Virus record (IMG/VR): IMGVR_UViG_3300047650_000023
Direction: 5' to 3' (one strand)
DNA: 64,000 nucleotides
Origin: a virus
The position numbers and the translations under genes are program-made. This document shows positions 48,079-56,786 of this stretch, piece after piece. Every line of letters starts with the position of its first letter. Positions within the stretch are counted from its first letter, which is position 1. The notes beneath the pieces are model-generated. The model was given only the letters and a program-made list of their open reading frames with translations, did no database searches and was not told where the DNA came from.

Positions 48079-49530
48079 TTGGATTTGAAATGTATGGGAA
48101 AAGTTAAAAGCAAAATAAGAGTATCATTTATAGGACAGAATGCCGAAGATGTAACTGGGTCTTGTATTCATATTAAAACAGAAACAAAACAATTACTTTT
48201 AGAATGTGGTTTGCATCAAAGTTGTGGAACTTTATTAAACGATTACAAAATAAATAGTGAAAAGTTTAAATTTAAAGTCAAGGACATTGATTACATTTTT
48301 GCAAATCACATTCATATTGATCATATTGGGAAAATTCCTAAACTATATGCAGAAGGATGTACGGCAAGAATTATTGCTCCTATGGGAACTTATGAACTAG
48401 CAAAAATATTATTAGAAGATTGTGCTTTTATTATGAACAAAGATGTTGAAAGCATTAAAAGAAAAACAGGAAAAGAATACCAACCTATTTATACAAAAGA
48501 TGATGTGAACACTTGTTTACAATATTGGGATGAATATAATATTGGAGATCTAACTAATTTAGGAGACAATGGAGAATCTATTGCTTTTTGCTGGCAACCA
48601 TCTGGTCATATTTTAAACTCAGCACAATTGGAATTGTACTTGGGACAGAATGGAAATACCAAAAAAATCGTTTACTCAAGTGATATTGGTTCAAATACGA
48701 TTCCTAAATATTATGTAAATGAATTTAAGCCTGTTGTTAAATCAAACTTACACATTGTAGAATGCACGTACTCAAATCAAGTTAGAAACATTACATTAAA
48801 AGATAGAGAAAAAGACTTAGAGAAGATAAAAAGTATTGTTGAAACAACTTGTATTGATAATAATGCAAAAGTGTTGTTTCCTGTTTTTGCAAATGATAGG
48901 CTTCAAAATATGTTAACTTATTTATATGATATTTTTGGAGAAGATGAAAGTTTTACTATACCAATATTAATAGATTCTCCGTTAGGAATAAAGATTTCTA
49001 AATTATATTTGCAATTACTTGAAGGTGAGCAACTAGAAAAATATAAAAAAGTGTTTACGTGGAAGAATATTAAGTTTATTCAAGATTATGAAATAAGTAA
49101 ATATAATCAAAATCTAAAAGAGCCACAAATCATATTGGCGGCATCAGGAATGCTTGCTGCTGGGAGAGCTGTAACATGGGTTTCAAAATTGTTACCTAAT
49201 GATAGAAATCATATAATTTTTTGTGGATATTCTCCCGCAAATTCTCTAGCAGGGAAGATTAAAGAAGGTAAGAAAAAGACTTTAACTATTGATGGTAAGT
49301 TAATTGCAAACAGATGTGGAATTACTTCACTACAGTCATTTAGCAGTCATATGCAAAGAATTGAATTATTAAAATATTATAGTGAATTGCAAACGGAAAA
49401 AGTAGCTTTAGTCCACAGCGACATGCAATCAAAAATTCAATTTAGTAGAGAATTACAAGAGGAAGTAAGTAAAAAGAATCGCAATTATAAGATTGTGGCT
49501 GTTAATAAATCTACTGAATTGCTTCTTTAA
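48079..49530 (+). CDS. MBL-fold beta-CASP RNA nuclease
   Basis: HIHIDHIG, SGHILNSA, SDIG, ECTY, ASGML, FSSH and LVH motifs. Confidence 0.9.
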   Translation: MDLKCMGKVKSKIRVSFIGQNAEDVTGSCIHIKTETKQLLLECGLHQSCGTLLNDYKINSEKFKFKVKDIDYIFANHIHIDHIGKIPKLYAEGCTARIIAPMGTYELAKILLEDCAFIMNKDVESIKRKTGKEYQPIYTKDDVNTCLQYWDEYNIGDLTNLGDNGESIAFCWQPSGHILNSAQLELYLGQNGNTKKIVYSSDIGSNTIPKYYVNEFKPVVKSNLHIVECTYSNQVRNITLKDREKDLEKIKSIVETTCIDNNAKVLFPVFANDRLQNMLTYLYDIFGEDESFTIPILIDSPLGIKISKLYLQLLEGEQLEKYKKVFTWKNIKFIQDYEISKYNQNLKEPQIILAASGMLAAGRAVTWVSKLLPNDRNHIIFCGYSPANSLAGKIKEGKKKTLTIDGKLIANRCGITSLQSFSSHMQRIELLKYYSELQTEKVALVHSDMQSKIQFSRELQEEVSKKNRNYKIVAVNKSTELLL

Positions 49531-49639
49531 AATGTAATCCCAATCAATTATCTCTTTTATTGTATATTTGTTTGTTATATTAACTAATATATATTCAATA
49601 TAAATAAGATATTTTAGTGATAATACACAATAGTAAAAC

Positions 49640-49717
49640 AAAAAAATAGGAACTTGTGCTGACAGTAAAAACACAAGTTTCCTATCCCCATAACGCATCT
49701 TAGAGAAAATAATTGTC
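49640..49717 (-). ncRNA. candidate ~78-nt small RNA with own promoter and terminator
   Basis: Minus-strand TTGACA(49752-49747)-N17-TATAAT(49729-49724); hairpin 49646-49685 followed by a U-run. Confidence 0.65.
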
Positions 49718-49794
49718 GTATTAATTATAGTATATATTTTAGTATTTGTCAATAAAAATGTAAAATAAAACAAAAACAAAGAAGGTGATAAATA

Positions 49795-49890
49795 ATGTTT
49801 GCAATAATTATTTCTGGTGTAGTAGGTATTGTAATTGGTATACTGGGTACACTTGGTTATCTAAAAATATTAAGTAGTGTTATAGAATAA
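49795..49890 (+). CDS. 31-aa hydrophobic peptide, type I toxin-like (not in ORF track)
   Basis: MFAIIISGVVGIVIGILGTLGYLKILSSVIE*; SD AAGGTG. Confidence 0.6.
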   Translation: MFAIIISGVVGIVIGILGTLGYLKILSSVIE

Positions 49891-49904
49891 TAAATAATAT
49901 TTAT

Positions 49905-49975
49905 AAAAATAAAAACTCGTGTAACACAAAATCACACGAGTTCTTATCTAATGTAGAAAGTTGCTTGACCTCTAC
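49905..49975 (-). ncRNA. candidate ~70-nt antisense RNA convergent with the peptide gene
   Basis: Minus-strand TTGACA(50010-50005)-N17-TATGAT(49987-49982); terminator AACTCGTGT/ACACGAGTT at 49914-49942. Confidence 0.6.
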
Positions 49976-50112
49976 TAATTAATCATAATATAAAATATAC
50001 CAATTGTCAATATATAAAACAAATAAATTATAAAAAATAAATTATGACAGCTTATATAATAAATAATAAAAAAGAGGTGTCAAAATTAAAACAAAATCTG
50101 AAAGGACAAGTG

Positions 50113-50571
50113 ATGTTAATGGCAGAATTTAATGAAGAACTTATTAATGAAAAGTTTAAAAATATAAATGAAAAAGATAGTGAACAAGATGAGAGATTAT
50201 CTAAAATAGAAAATAAAGTTATAGAGATGGATAAAACATTTAATGTAATATTTGAGGGTATTAATCAATCTTTAAAACAACTTTCTATACTCCCACAAGT
50301 TATGTCTGAGGCAACAAAGGCTACAAATGAAATGCGTATTAGTATGGGACAAATGCAAATTGAACTTCAAAATAACACACAAGAAATTAAAGAAGTCAAA
50401 GCAGATGTGAAAGAACAAATTGGAAATATAAAACAAGATGTAAAACAAATTGATAATGATAGTTCTTTTAAAATAACTTTATGGGCAAGACAAAATATAG
50501 GTAAAATACTTGCAGGTGGAACAATTGTTATTGCAGTTGGAGGATATATTCTTTATAAACTGTTTGCTTAA
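50113..50571 (+). CDS. coiled-coil protein with C-terminal TM (XhlA-like architecture)
   Basis: Heptad region followed by KILAGGTIVIAVGGYILYKLFA. Confidence 0.6.
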   Translation: MLMAEFNEELINEKFKNINEKDSEQDERLSKIENKVIEMDKTFNVIFEGINQSLKQLSILPQVMSEATKATNEMRISMGQMQIELQNNTQEIKEVKADVKEQIGNIKQDVKQIDNDSSFKITLWARQNIGKILAGGTIVIAVGGYILYKLFA

Positions 50572-50708
50572 ATTATGGTTTAGAGAAATATGTTATCGTA
50601 TGTTATAGAGAAGGTCTAATCCCCTTCTCTATTTACATTTATGCTTATTTTAAATATGTAATGAGTGTAAATATAAGTAGAGAAATAAATAATTTTAAGG
50701 AGGAAATT

Positions 50709-51086
50709 ATGAAATCTAAAAATATTAGAAAGATAAATGATAGTATCGCAGATAAACTTTCAAATGTACTGTCAAATATGGCAATGTTTTATGGTGTAAC
50801 TTTTCTCGTTGTTGCTCCCCTATTCTTTCAGCGTCCTACAAGTTTAGTTGCGTGGATGCAATATATTGTGAGCGTGTTCTTTCAGGGCGTAGCACTACCG
50901 TTATTAGGTTATACAAGTAATAAGAATGGTAAAAAATTAGATGAAGCCATACAACAAATTTCAGATAATACAAGTAAAACGGAAAAAATATCTGAAGATA
51001 TAGATAGACTTGTTAAAGCCATTTTGAAAGATGAAGATAAAGAAATTGAAATATTAGAAGATATTGAAAATTTGGAAACAAAATAA
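50709..51086 (+). CDS. two-TM membrane protein (DUF1003-like)
   Basis: SD GGAGG before the ATG at 50709; NDSIADK...two hydrophobic helices. Confidence 0.55.
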   Translation: MKSKNIRKINDSIADKLSNVLSNMAMFYGVTFLVVAPLFFQRPTSLVAWMQYIVSVFFQGVALPLLGYTSNKNGKKLDEAIQQISDNTSKTEKISEDIDRLVKAILKDEDKEIEILEDIENLETK

Positions 51087-51115
51087 ATTAGAAAGTTATT
51101 GAGGAATTGATACAT

Positions 51116-51580
51116 ATGGCAGATACAGAAACAAAATCACATGAGGTCAAAAGAACACTTAAAGAAGATATAATATATCCTGACCATGAATCAAGAACAA
51201 CTTCTGAATTGTTTCTTAAATCAAAAGAAAGATTGAAAGAAGACGGTCATGACGAATGTTTTATTTGTGGTTCAAAAGAAAATATTGAAACACATCATTT
51301 TGGATGCGAGTACTCACTTGCAAATAATTGTGATTTTGAAAAGTTAAAAAAACTGTTACTTATTTTTGATATTTATGGGTACAGTGGGTTATTAAAAGAT
51401 ATACCAATAGAAAATGTCGATGATATCAGAAATATGATGAACCTATGTAGGCATCATCATATTGAAACTGAAACAGGAATTCATGAATGTAGTTTTCCAA
51501 TTTTCATTTCACAATTCATCGAAAAAGATGGGATTAATATGATACCTAATGATGCAAATCAAACTATTAATAAAATCTAA
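51116..51580 (+). CDS. small HNH-like protein
   Basis: CFICG...ETHH...NLCRHHH. Confidence 0.6.
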   Translation: MADTETKSHEVKRTLKEDIIYPDHESRTTSELFLKSKERLKEDGHDECFICGSKENIETHHFGCEYSLANNCDFEKLKKLLLIFDIYGYSGLLKDIPIENVDDIRNMMNLCRHHHIETETGIHECSFPIFISQFIEKDGINMIPNDANQTINKI

Positions 51581-51629
51581 ATCCTATGGGAGTTTTTATA
51601 AAATATTATTGTGATATTATACATTTTTA

Positions 51630-52115
51630 ATGATAAAGGAAGTGATTATTTTGGCTGATATGACGTTTAGTAGTATTGAAGAATTAATGGCTGCAGCACA
51701 AATTGCTGTAAATAAAGGACTTAAAGTTGAAGTTGCTGAAGTCGTAAAGAATGTTGAGTCTCAACAAATTATAGATAAAGTTTTAAATGTATATGATCCG
51801 ATATCATATGATAGACGTACTTCTGGCGGTATAGATGATATACAAAACATTAATGGAAATTTAATTGGAGATTGTTTATTAGAAGTCACTAATAATACAC
51901 CTTTAAATGATGCTTATGGCATTAACAGAAGTGGAAACACTTTAAATGAGATTGTACTTAGCGGTGATGGGTATATGTTTGATTATGATTATGCATATAA
52001 TCAACCAAGAGACTATGTTACCGCAACTGAAGAAGAATTGGAAAGTACACAGGCTCATGTAATTGCTATGGCAGAGAGTTTGAAACGTCAAGGATTTAAT
52101 GTAGTAGTTGGATAA
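51630..52115 (+). CDS. HK97 gp10-like neck/tail-completion protein
   Basis: VYDPISYDRR..GG..D..NI and PRDYV..TEEEL pattern. Confidence 0.6.
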   Translation: MIKEVIILADMTFSSIEELMAAAQIAVNKGLKVEVAEVVKNVESQQIIDKVLNVYDPISYDRRTSGGIDDIQNINGNLIGDCLLEVTNNTPLNDAYGINRSGNTLNEIVLSGDGYMFDYDYAYNQPRDYVTATEEELESTQAHVIAMAESLKRQGFNVVVG

Positions 52116-52163
52116 CAGGATTAAACAATAAGAAAATATTTCTATTATTTTTGGTAAATAGTA

Positions 52164-52192
52164 TTGACAATGAACTTCTTTTGTCATATAAT
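52164..52192 (+). promoter_or_regulatory. consensus sigma-A promoter with overlapping inverted repeat
   Basis: TTGACA-N17-TATAAT; TGACAA (52165-52170) and TTGTCA (52181-52186) form an inverted repeat. Confidence 0.85.
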
Positions 52193-52216
52193 TGATTACA
52201 TAAAGGAGGTTATCAA

Positions 52217-52414
52217 ATGTCAGATGTCCGTAAGGTTTTTATTACTAAAGAAGTTTCTGATATACTTGATATGTCACCTGCTTATCTTATTCGAGTAGCA
52301 AGAGAATTAAATTTTTCTGATAGTGAATTTAGAGATGCTGGAAAACGAAATTATCTTTTTAGTGAAGAAGCTATTGAGAAACTTCGTCAGAAATTTAATA
52401 GTAATAAAAAATGA
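52217..52414 (+). CDS. small HTH (excisionase/MerR-like) DNA-binding protein
   Basis: FITKEVSDILDMSPAYLIRVARE...RNYLFSEEAIEKL. Confidence 0.7.
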   Translation: MSDVRKVFITKEVSDILDMSPAYLIRVARELNFSDSEFRDAGKRNYLFSEEAIEKLRQKFNSNKK

Positions 52415-52485
52415 GAACAACCTCTCCCTACCAAAGTCAAGGTTGTTCCCATACATACAAACCAATACTATTTTCATAGTAGGTT
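52405..52485 (-). ncRNA. candidate ~80-nt cis-antisense RNA
   Basis: Minus-strand TTGACA(52520-52515)-N17-TATAAT(52497-52492); hairpin GAACAACCT/AGGTTGTTC at 52415-52448. Confidence 0.65.
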
Positions 52486-52544
52486 AAATTTATTATAACC
52501 TTTATGAAGTAGTATGTCAAATACTATTTTATGGAGGTAGTTTT

Positions 52545-52766
52545 ATGTCAAAAATCGAAGATGTACGCATTCAAGTTGCAAATTCCCTACATAACGTTTT
52601 AGATGAATCTTTCTTTTTGTTCAATGAAAATTTAAACCAAAATCAATATCGAACTACTTGGATGAATCGTGATGGGACTAGATGTGTAGTTTGTCAAGTT
52701 GGTGATGTAGATATTGTCGAATGCCCTATTATCACAGTGATATTTTCTAATGTTTGTGTTGGTTGA
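52545..52766 (+). CDS. hypothetical protein
   Basis: 73 aa; SD GGAGG. Confidence 0.6.
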   Translation: MSKIEDVRIQVANSLHNVLDESFFLFNENLNQNQYRTTWMNRDGTRCVVCQVGDVDIVECPIITVIFSNVCVG

Positions 52767-52837
52767 TTGTTAGATTTGAGATGTTTGGGATGTTGCTTTT
52801 ATTTTAAATTTTTAATTTGAAGGAAGTATTATTATCT

Positions 52838-53296
52838 ATGAAAATTTATAACAATGAAAATCAAGTGGTATTCAACGGTAAATTTACTCCAGAGATGTTG
52901 GACTTAGAAAACATGATTGATCAAGGCGATTCATTACTGATACCAATTACCGACCCTAAAATTCAGTTACATACAAATGATTTGGCGTGGAGTTTTGCGG
53001 AAAGTCATGATTGGATAGCAACTGATGATAGTAAAGTTAAAGTTTATTTGTACATAGATTTAATTAAGGGTGACAAGACAATTATGATTGAAAGTTTTCC
53101 TTATTTACCCTGTGATCAAGACTTGAAAATTGAGTTAAATAGTTTTGATGATAAGAATGAACGCAACGGCATTAAAGCATATTATGAGGAAATTAAAGAC
53201 TATTTAAATGAACATACTTGTGGTGAATTTGATTGTGTAAAGGTTGAATTTAGCGAAAATGAATTGATTTGTTTAAATAGTATTTTAGATAGATAG
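52838..53296 (+). CDS. hypothetical acidic protein
   Basis: ATG at 52838 after AAGGAAG. Confidence 0.6.
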   Translation: MKIYNNENQVVFNGKFTPEMLDLENMIDQGDSLLIPITDPKIQLHTNDLAWSFAESHDWIATDDSKVKVYLYIDLIKGDKTIMIESFPYLPCDQDLKIELNSFDDKNERNGIKAYYEEIKDYLNEHTCGEFDCVKVEFSENELICLNSILDR

Positions 53297-53440
53297 AATT
53301 TAGGTAAAGTCTTTGAATGTCAAATATCACTCCTGCATATAATAAGAAGTATTAAATGATTGAAAATTGTATGTTGGAGTGATATAATTATGGATAAGGA
53401 TAAATATGATAATATTATAAAATTTGATAGGAGAATAAAA

Positions 53441-53584
53441 ATGAATACAATTGTGGAAAGAGAACCTAAAACTTTAGATTGTTTATTACATGCTCGTAGT
53501 ATTATTCAAAAAACAATAAAAGATAAAGGATTAACCGAAAATGAAGTACGTAAATCTTTTGGTATAAAAAGGTATGAAAAATAA
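53441..53584 (+). CDS. putative antitoxin of the PIN toxin
   Basis: 47 aa; SD AGGAG; overlaps the PIN gene start. Confidence 0.55.
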   Translation: MNTIVEREPKTLDCLLHARSIIQKTIKDKGLTENEVRKSFGIKRYEK

Positions 53585-54062
53585 ACCGACAGTTGTATTA
53601 GATACTAACGTATTTATTAATGGCTTATTTTATCCTAATGAATATATTTATTGTGATAAAATTATGAGCTATGTTATTAGTCAAAAAATAAGTTTATTCT
53701 TTGGTCAAGATACATTTGGAGAATTGATTTATTTAGTTAAACATTTTGCAAGATATAATATTGATAATGTTGACGAAAGAATAAACTTATTAAAAAACAT
53801 AGTGGAATTGTTTTATTATTCAATGTCTTATGATACTCGAAATATTAAAATACCTAAAATTAATGATTGTTATGATGAAATGTTCTTGAGATGTGCTATT
53901 AGAGGTAAAGTTAATTATTTGGTATCTGATGATTTAAAAAGTGGTTTACACAAAGTTAAAATAAATAAACTAAAAATTGTTACATCGGAAGAATTTTGTC
54001 AATTAGAGAATTTAGAAGCTGACGATATTAAACAAGAAATTGCTGTAATAGACGCTAGCTGA
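53574..54062 (+). CDS. PIN-domain toxin (VapC-like)
   Basis: VVLDTNVFI...E...D.YD..FL..A......YLVSDD acidic PIN motif. Confidence 0.85.
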   Translation: MKNKPTVVLDTNVFINGLFYPNEYIYCDKIMSYVISQKISLFFGQDTFGELIYLVKHFARYNIDNVDERINLLKNIVELFYYSMSYDTRNIKIPKINDCYDEMFLRCAIRGKVNYLVSDDLKSGLHKVKINKLKIVTSEEFCQLENLEADDIKQEIAVIDAS

Positions 54063-54228
54063 AATTAGATTGGTTTTATTTTATATGATAAATTACAGTG
54101 CTAATAATGAGCAAGGGATATCTGTATCTGATCAATACAAAGATAAGAGGTCTAATCTCTTCCTCTTCCCTGCTCTTTATTATAGATTTTTTGTTTGGTT
54201 AGAGATTAAAATAAATTAAGAAAGAGGT

Positions 54229-56295
54229 TTGAAATTAAAAATGCGTGGAGAAAAAATAAGTTTTAAATGTGAAAATTGTGGAACAGATTGTGAAAGATTA
54301 TTAAGCCATTACAAAAGAACCAAAGATCACTTTTGTTCTAAAAAATGTGCATATGAGTTTAAAGAAAAGAATTGTTATACATATAATACGTGTAAATATT
54401 GTGGAAAACAATTTAAATTAAAACCTAGTAGAAATAAACAACAATACTGTTCTATGGATTGTAAAAACAAATGGCAATCTGAAAATGTAAGAGGAGAAAA
54501 TCATCCTTCTTATAGTAAAATAAAATATAATTGCGACTGTTGTGGAAAAGAAATCTTAATAAGTCCTTTTGATATAAAACATGCAATTAAACATTTTTGC
54601 GATGATAAATGTAAAAGAGAATATTTTAGTAAAAAACCGTCAAATATCAAAATCTGTAAAATATGTGGTCAAGAAAAACCAATCGAAGAATTTGCATCTC
54701 AATCAAATAAATGTTATGTTTGTCAATATTTAAATAAACATAGTGATTTAATTATATTACCAAATTGGACTTTGGATGAATATAAAATTATATTAGATAA
54801 TTTATATAATAAAAGAGTAAATTGTGTCAATGAAATTTTACCTATATTAAATAATAAATCATTAGATAATTTAGTTGATGTACTATACATATTGAAAATA
54901 ACACTTCAAAATTATTCAATTAGAATAAAAAGAAATTGTTTAAATTGTGGAAAAGAATTTTATTGCAATGTAAGTGAATATAAAAATGGAGTTGGTTTAT
55001 TTTGTTCTAAAGACTGTTCCTATAATAATCTACATCTTAATAATTGTGGCGAAAAGAATTCAAGGTGGAATAGAGTAAAATGTAATTGTGATTGGTGTGG
55101 AAAAGAATTTACTACAAAAAACTATCAGTATCAGAATAACGAACATAATTTTTGTTCTATGGATTGTAAACAAGAGTATTTTAAAAATGTGACAATCAAA
55201 ACAGATGAATGGAAGAATCAATTAAGAAATGTTGCGTTAAATAATTTACAGAATGGTGCTTGGAATACTGATACAGATATTCAGAAAATAATTAATGATT
55301 CATTAAGAAAAAATAATATTAATTTTGATAATGAAATAACATTTGGATATTATTCAGTTGATAATTATTTAAAAGATTATAATTTAATAATTGAATTACA
55401 AGGTGATTATTTTCATTGCAATGTTAATAAATATTCAATTATTAATTATGAAATGCAAGTGGATAGGATATATAGAGATAAAGCAAAACATTCTTATATT
55501 TTAAATAATTGTAATATCAATGTCTTATATTTATGGGAATATGATATAAAGAATAATTTAGATATTTGTGAAGCATTAATTAGTAGATATATTGAAAATA
55601 AAGGCGTTTTGAAAAATTATAATTCTTTTAATTATAGTTTTATAAATAATAAATTAAAATTAAATAAAACTATAATTAAATCTTATCAAGAGTGTAAAAA
55701 TACAGAAATATCAGATCATATTGATTTATCAATTAAAGAAAAACCAGAATTCTATATTCATTATTTATGTGAAAATTGTGGAGAAGAATGTAGTCAATTG
55801 ATTTCTAAGTATCAAAAACAAAATCATCATTTTTGTTCCAGAAAATGTTCAGGCGATTATAAGAAAATGATTGGTAGCAAAATTGTAAAATGTGATTATT
55901 GTGGCAAAGAAGTTAATAAGAAAAATTCAGAATTAATTAATCATGAAAATAATTTTTGTGGTAAAGAATGTTATGATAATTGGCAAAGAGATAATGGAAT
56001 TTGGATAGATGTCGTTTGTAATAATTGTGATGAACATTTTAAAATAAAAAAATGTAGTTACGAAAAAAATATTACTAAGACTTTTTATTGTTCGCAAAAA
56101 TGTTATAGAGAAAAAATAAAGCAAAAAAATATTATATGTAATTGTGAATACTGTGGAAAGGAAATAATAAAACCTGAAGTAAATTATAATAAAAATAAGC
56201 ATCACTTTTGTAATTTAAGTTGCGCTACAGCTTATAACAATAAACATAGAAAAGTTAAGGAATTAAATATAGATATAAATTTAGAGAGTGCTTAG
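54229..56295 (+). CDS. free-standing Vsr-like (EDxHD) endonuclease with many Cys4 zinc-finger repeats
   Basis: Central YSVDNY...IIELQGDYFH...DRIYRD.AK; more than 10 CxxCG...FCSxxC modules on both sides. Confidence 0.8.
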   Translation: MKLKMRGEKISFKCENCGTDCERLLSHYKRTKDHFCSKKCAYEFKEKNCYTYNTCKYCGKQFKLKPSRNKQQYCSMDCKNKWQSENVRGENHPSYSKIKYNCDCCGKEILISPFDIKHAIKHFCDDKCKREYFSKKPSNIKICKICGQEKPIEEFASQSNKCYVCQYLNKHSDLIILPNWTLDEYKIILDNLYNKRVNCVNEILPILNNKSLDNLVDVLYILKITLQNYSIRIKRNCLNCGKEFYCNVSEYKNGVGLFCSKDCSYNNLHLNNCGEKNSRWNRVKCNCDWCGKEFTTKNYQYQNNEHNFCSMDCKQEYFKNVTIKTDEWKNQLRNVALNNLQNGAWNTDTDIQKIINDSLRKNNINFDNEITFGYYSVDNYLKDYNLIIELQGDYFHCNVNKYSIINYEMQVDRIYRDKAKHSYILNNCNINVLYLWEYDIKNNLDICEALISRYIENKGVLKNYNSFNYSFINNKLKLNKTIIKSYQECKNTEISDHIDLSIKEKPEFYIHYLCENCGEECSQLISKYQKQNHHFCSRKCSGDYKKMIGSKIVKCDYCGKEVNKKNSELINHENNFCGKECYDNWQRDNGIWIDVVCNNCDEHFKIKKCSYEKNITKTFYCSQKCYREKIKQKNIICNCEYCGKEIIKPEVNYNKNKHHFCNLSCATAYNNKHRKVKELNIDINLESA

Positions 56296-56312
56296 TCGGC
56301 ACTCTCTTTTCT
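56283..56312. terminator. bidirectional terminator between convergent genes
   Basis: AGAGAGTGC-TTAGTCG-GCACTCTCT followed by TTT. Confidence 0.75.
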
Positions 56313-56318
56313 TATATA

Positions 56319-56684
56319 TCAAAACTTATTTTTACAGTTCAGACACACTCTATCAATCTTATTAGTTAAGAATCCAGTTAATAAAGACCATTTACGTGGA
56401 ACTGCTTGTATTTGGGTACTGCCACATTTCGGACAGTGTACTTGAGGTGGAGTTTGTTGTGTTTGAAATTGTGGATGATTTCTTTCCCACTGATTTCTTA
56501 AATAATCATTTTTATTTAATATTTTAGTTGAATCATTATTACATGAAGGACATTTAATAGATTCTTTAAGAATAAATGTTGTTGCATTTTCAGAAGATAA
56601 TAAACATTTATCCATATTAAAATGTTTATTACATTTTTCACATGTTACAAATAAATCAGTATCACGCTCTACATAACACATCAT
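56319..56684 (-). CDS. zinc-ribbon moron protein
   Basis: CEKC, CPSC, CPKCGSTQI and CLNC; own minus-strand promoter TTGACA-N17-TATAAT near 56732-56704. Confidence 0.7.
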   Translation of the reverse strand: MMCYVERDTDLFVTCEKCNKHFNMDKCLLSSENATTFILKESIKCPSCNNDSTKILNKNDYLRNQWERNHPQFQTQQTPPQVHCPKCGSTQIQAVPRKWSLLTGFLTNKIDRVCLNCKNKF

Positions 56685-56786
56685 ATTATATCACCTCAAA
56701 TTAATTATATCTATTATTTTACATATTGTCAATACCAAATTTAAATAAATTAAATATTCCATAATCGAAAGGAGGAGTTTAAACAA

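Noticed and set aside
49453-49779. 108-aa minus-strand ORF
   Set aside because: It runs through a consensus promoter and terminator and has no SD; the region is better explained as an sRNA unit.
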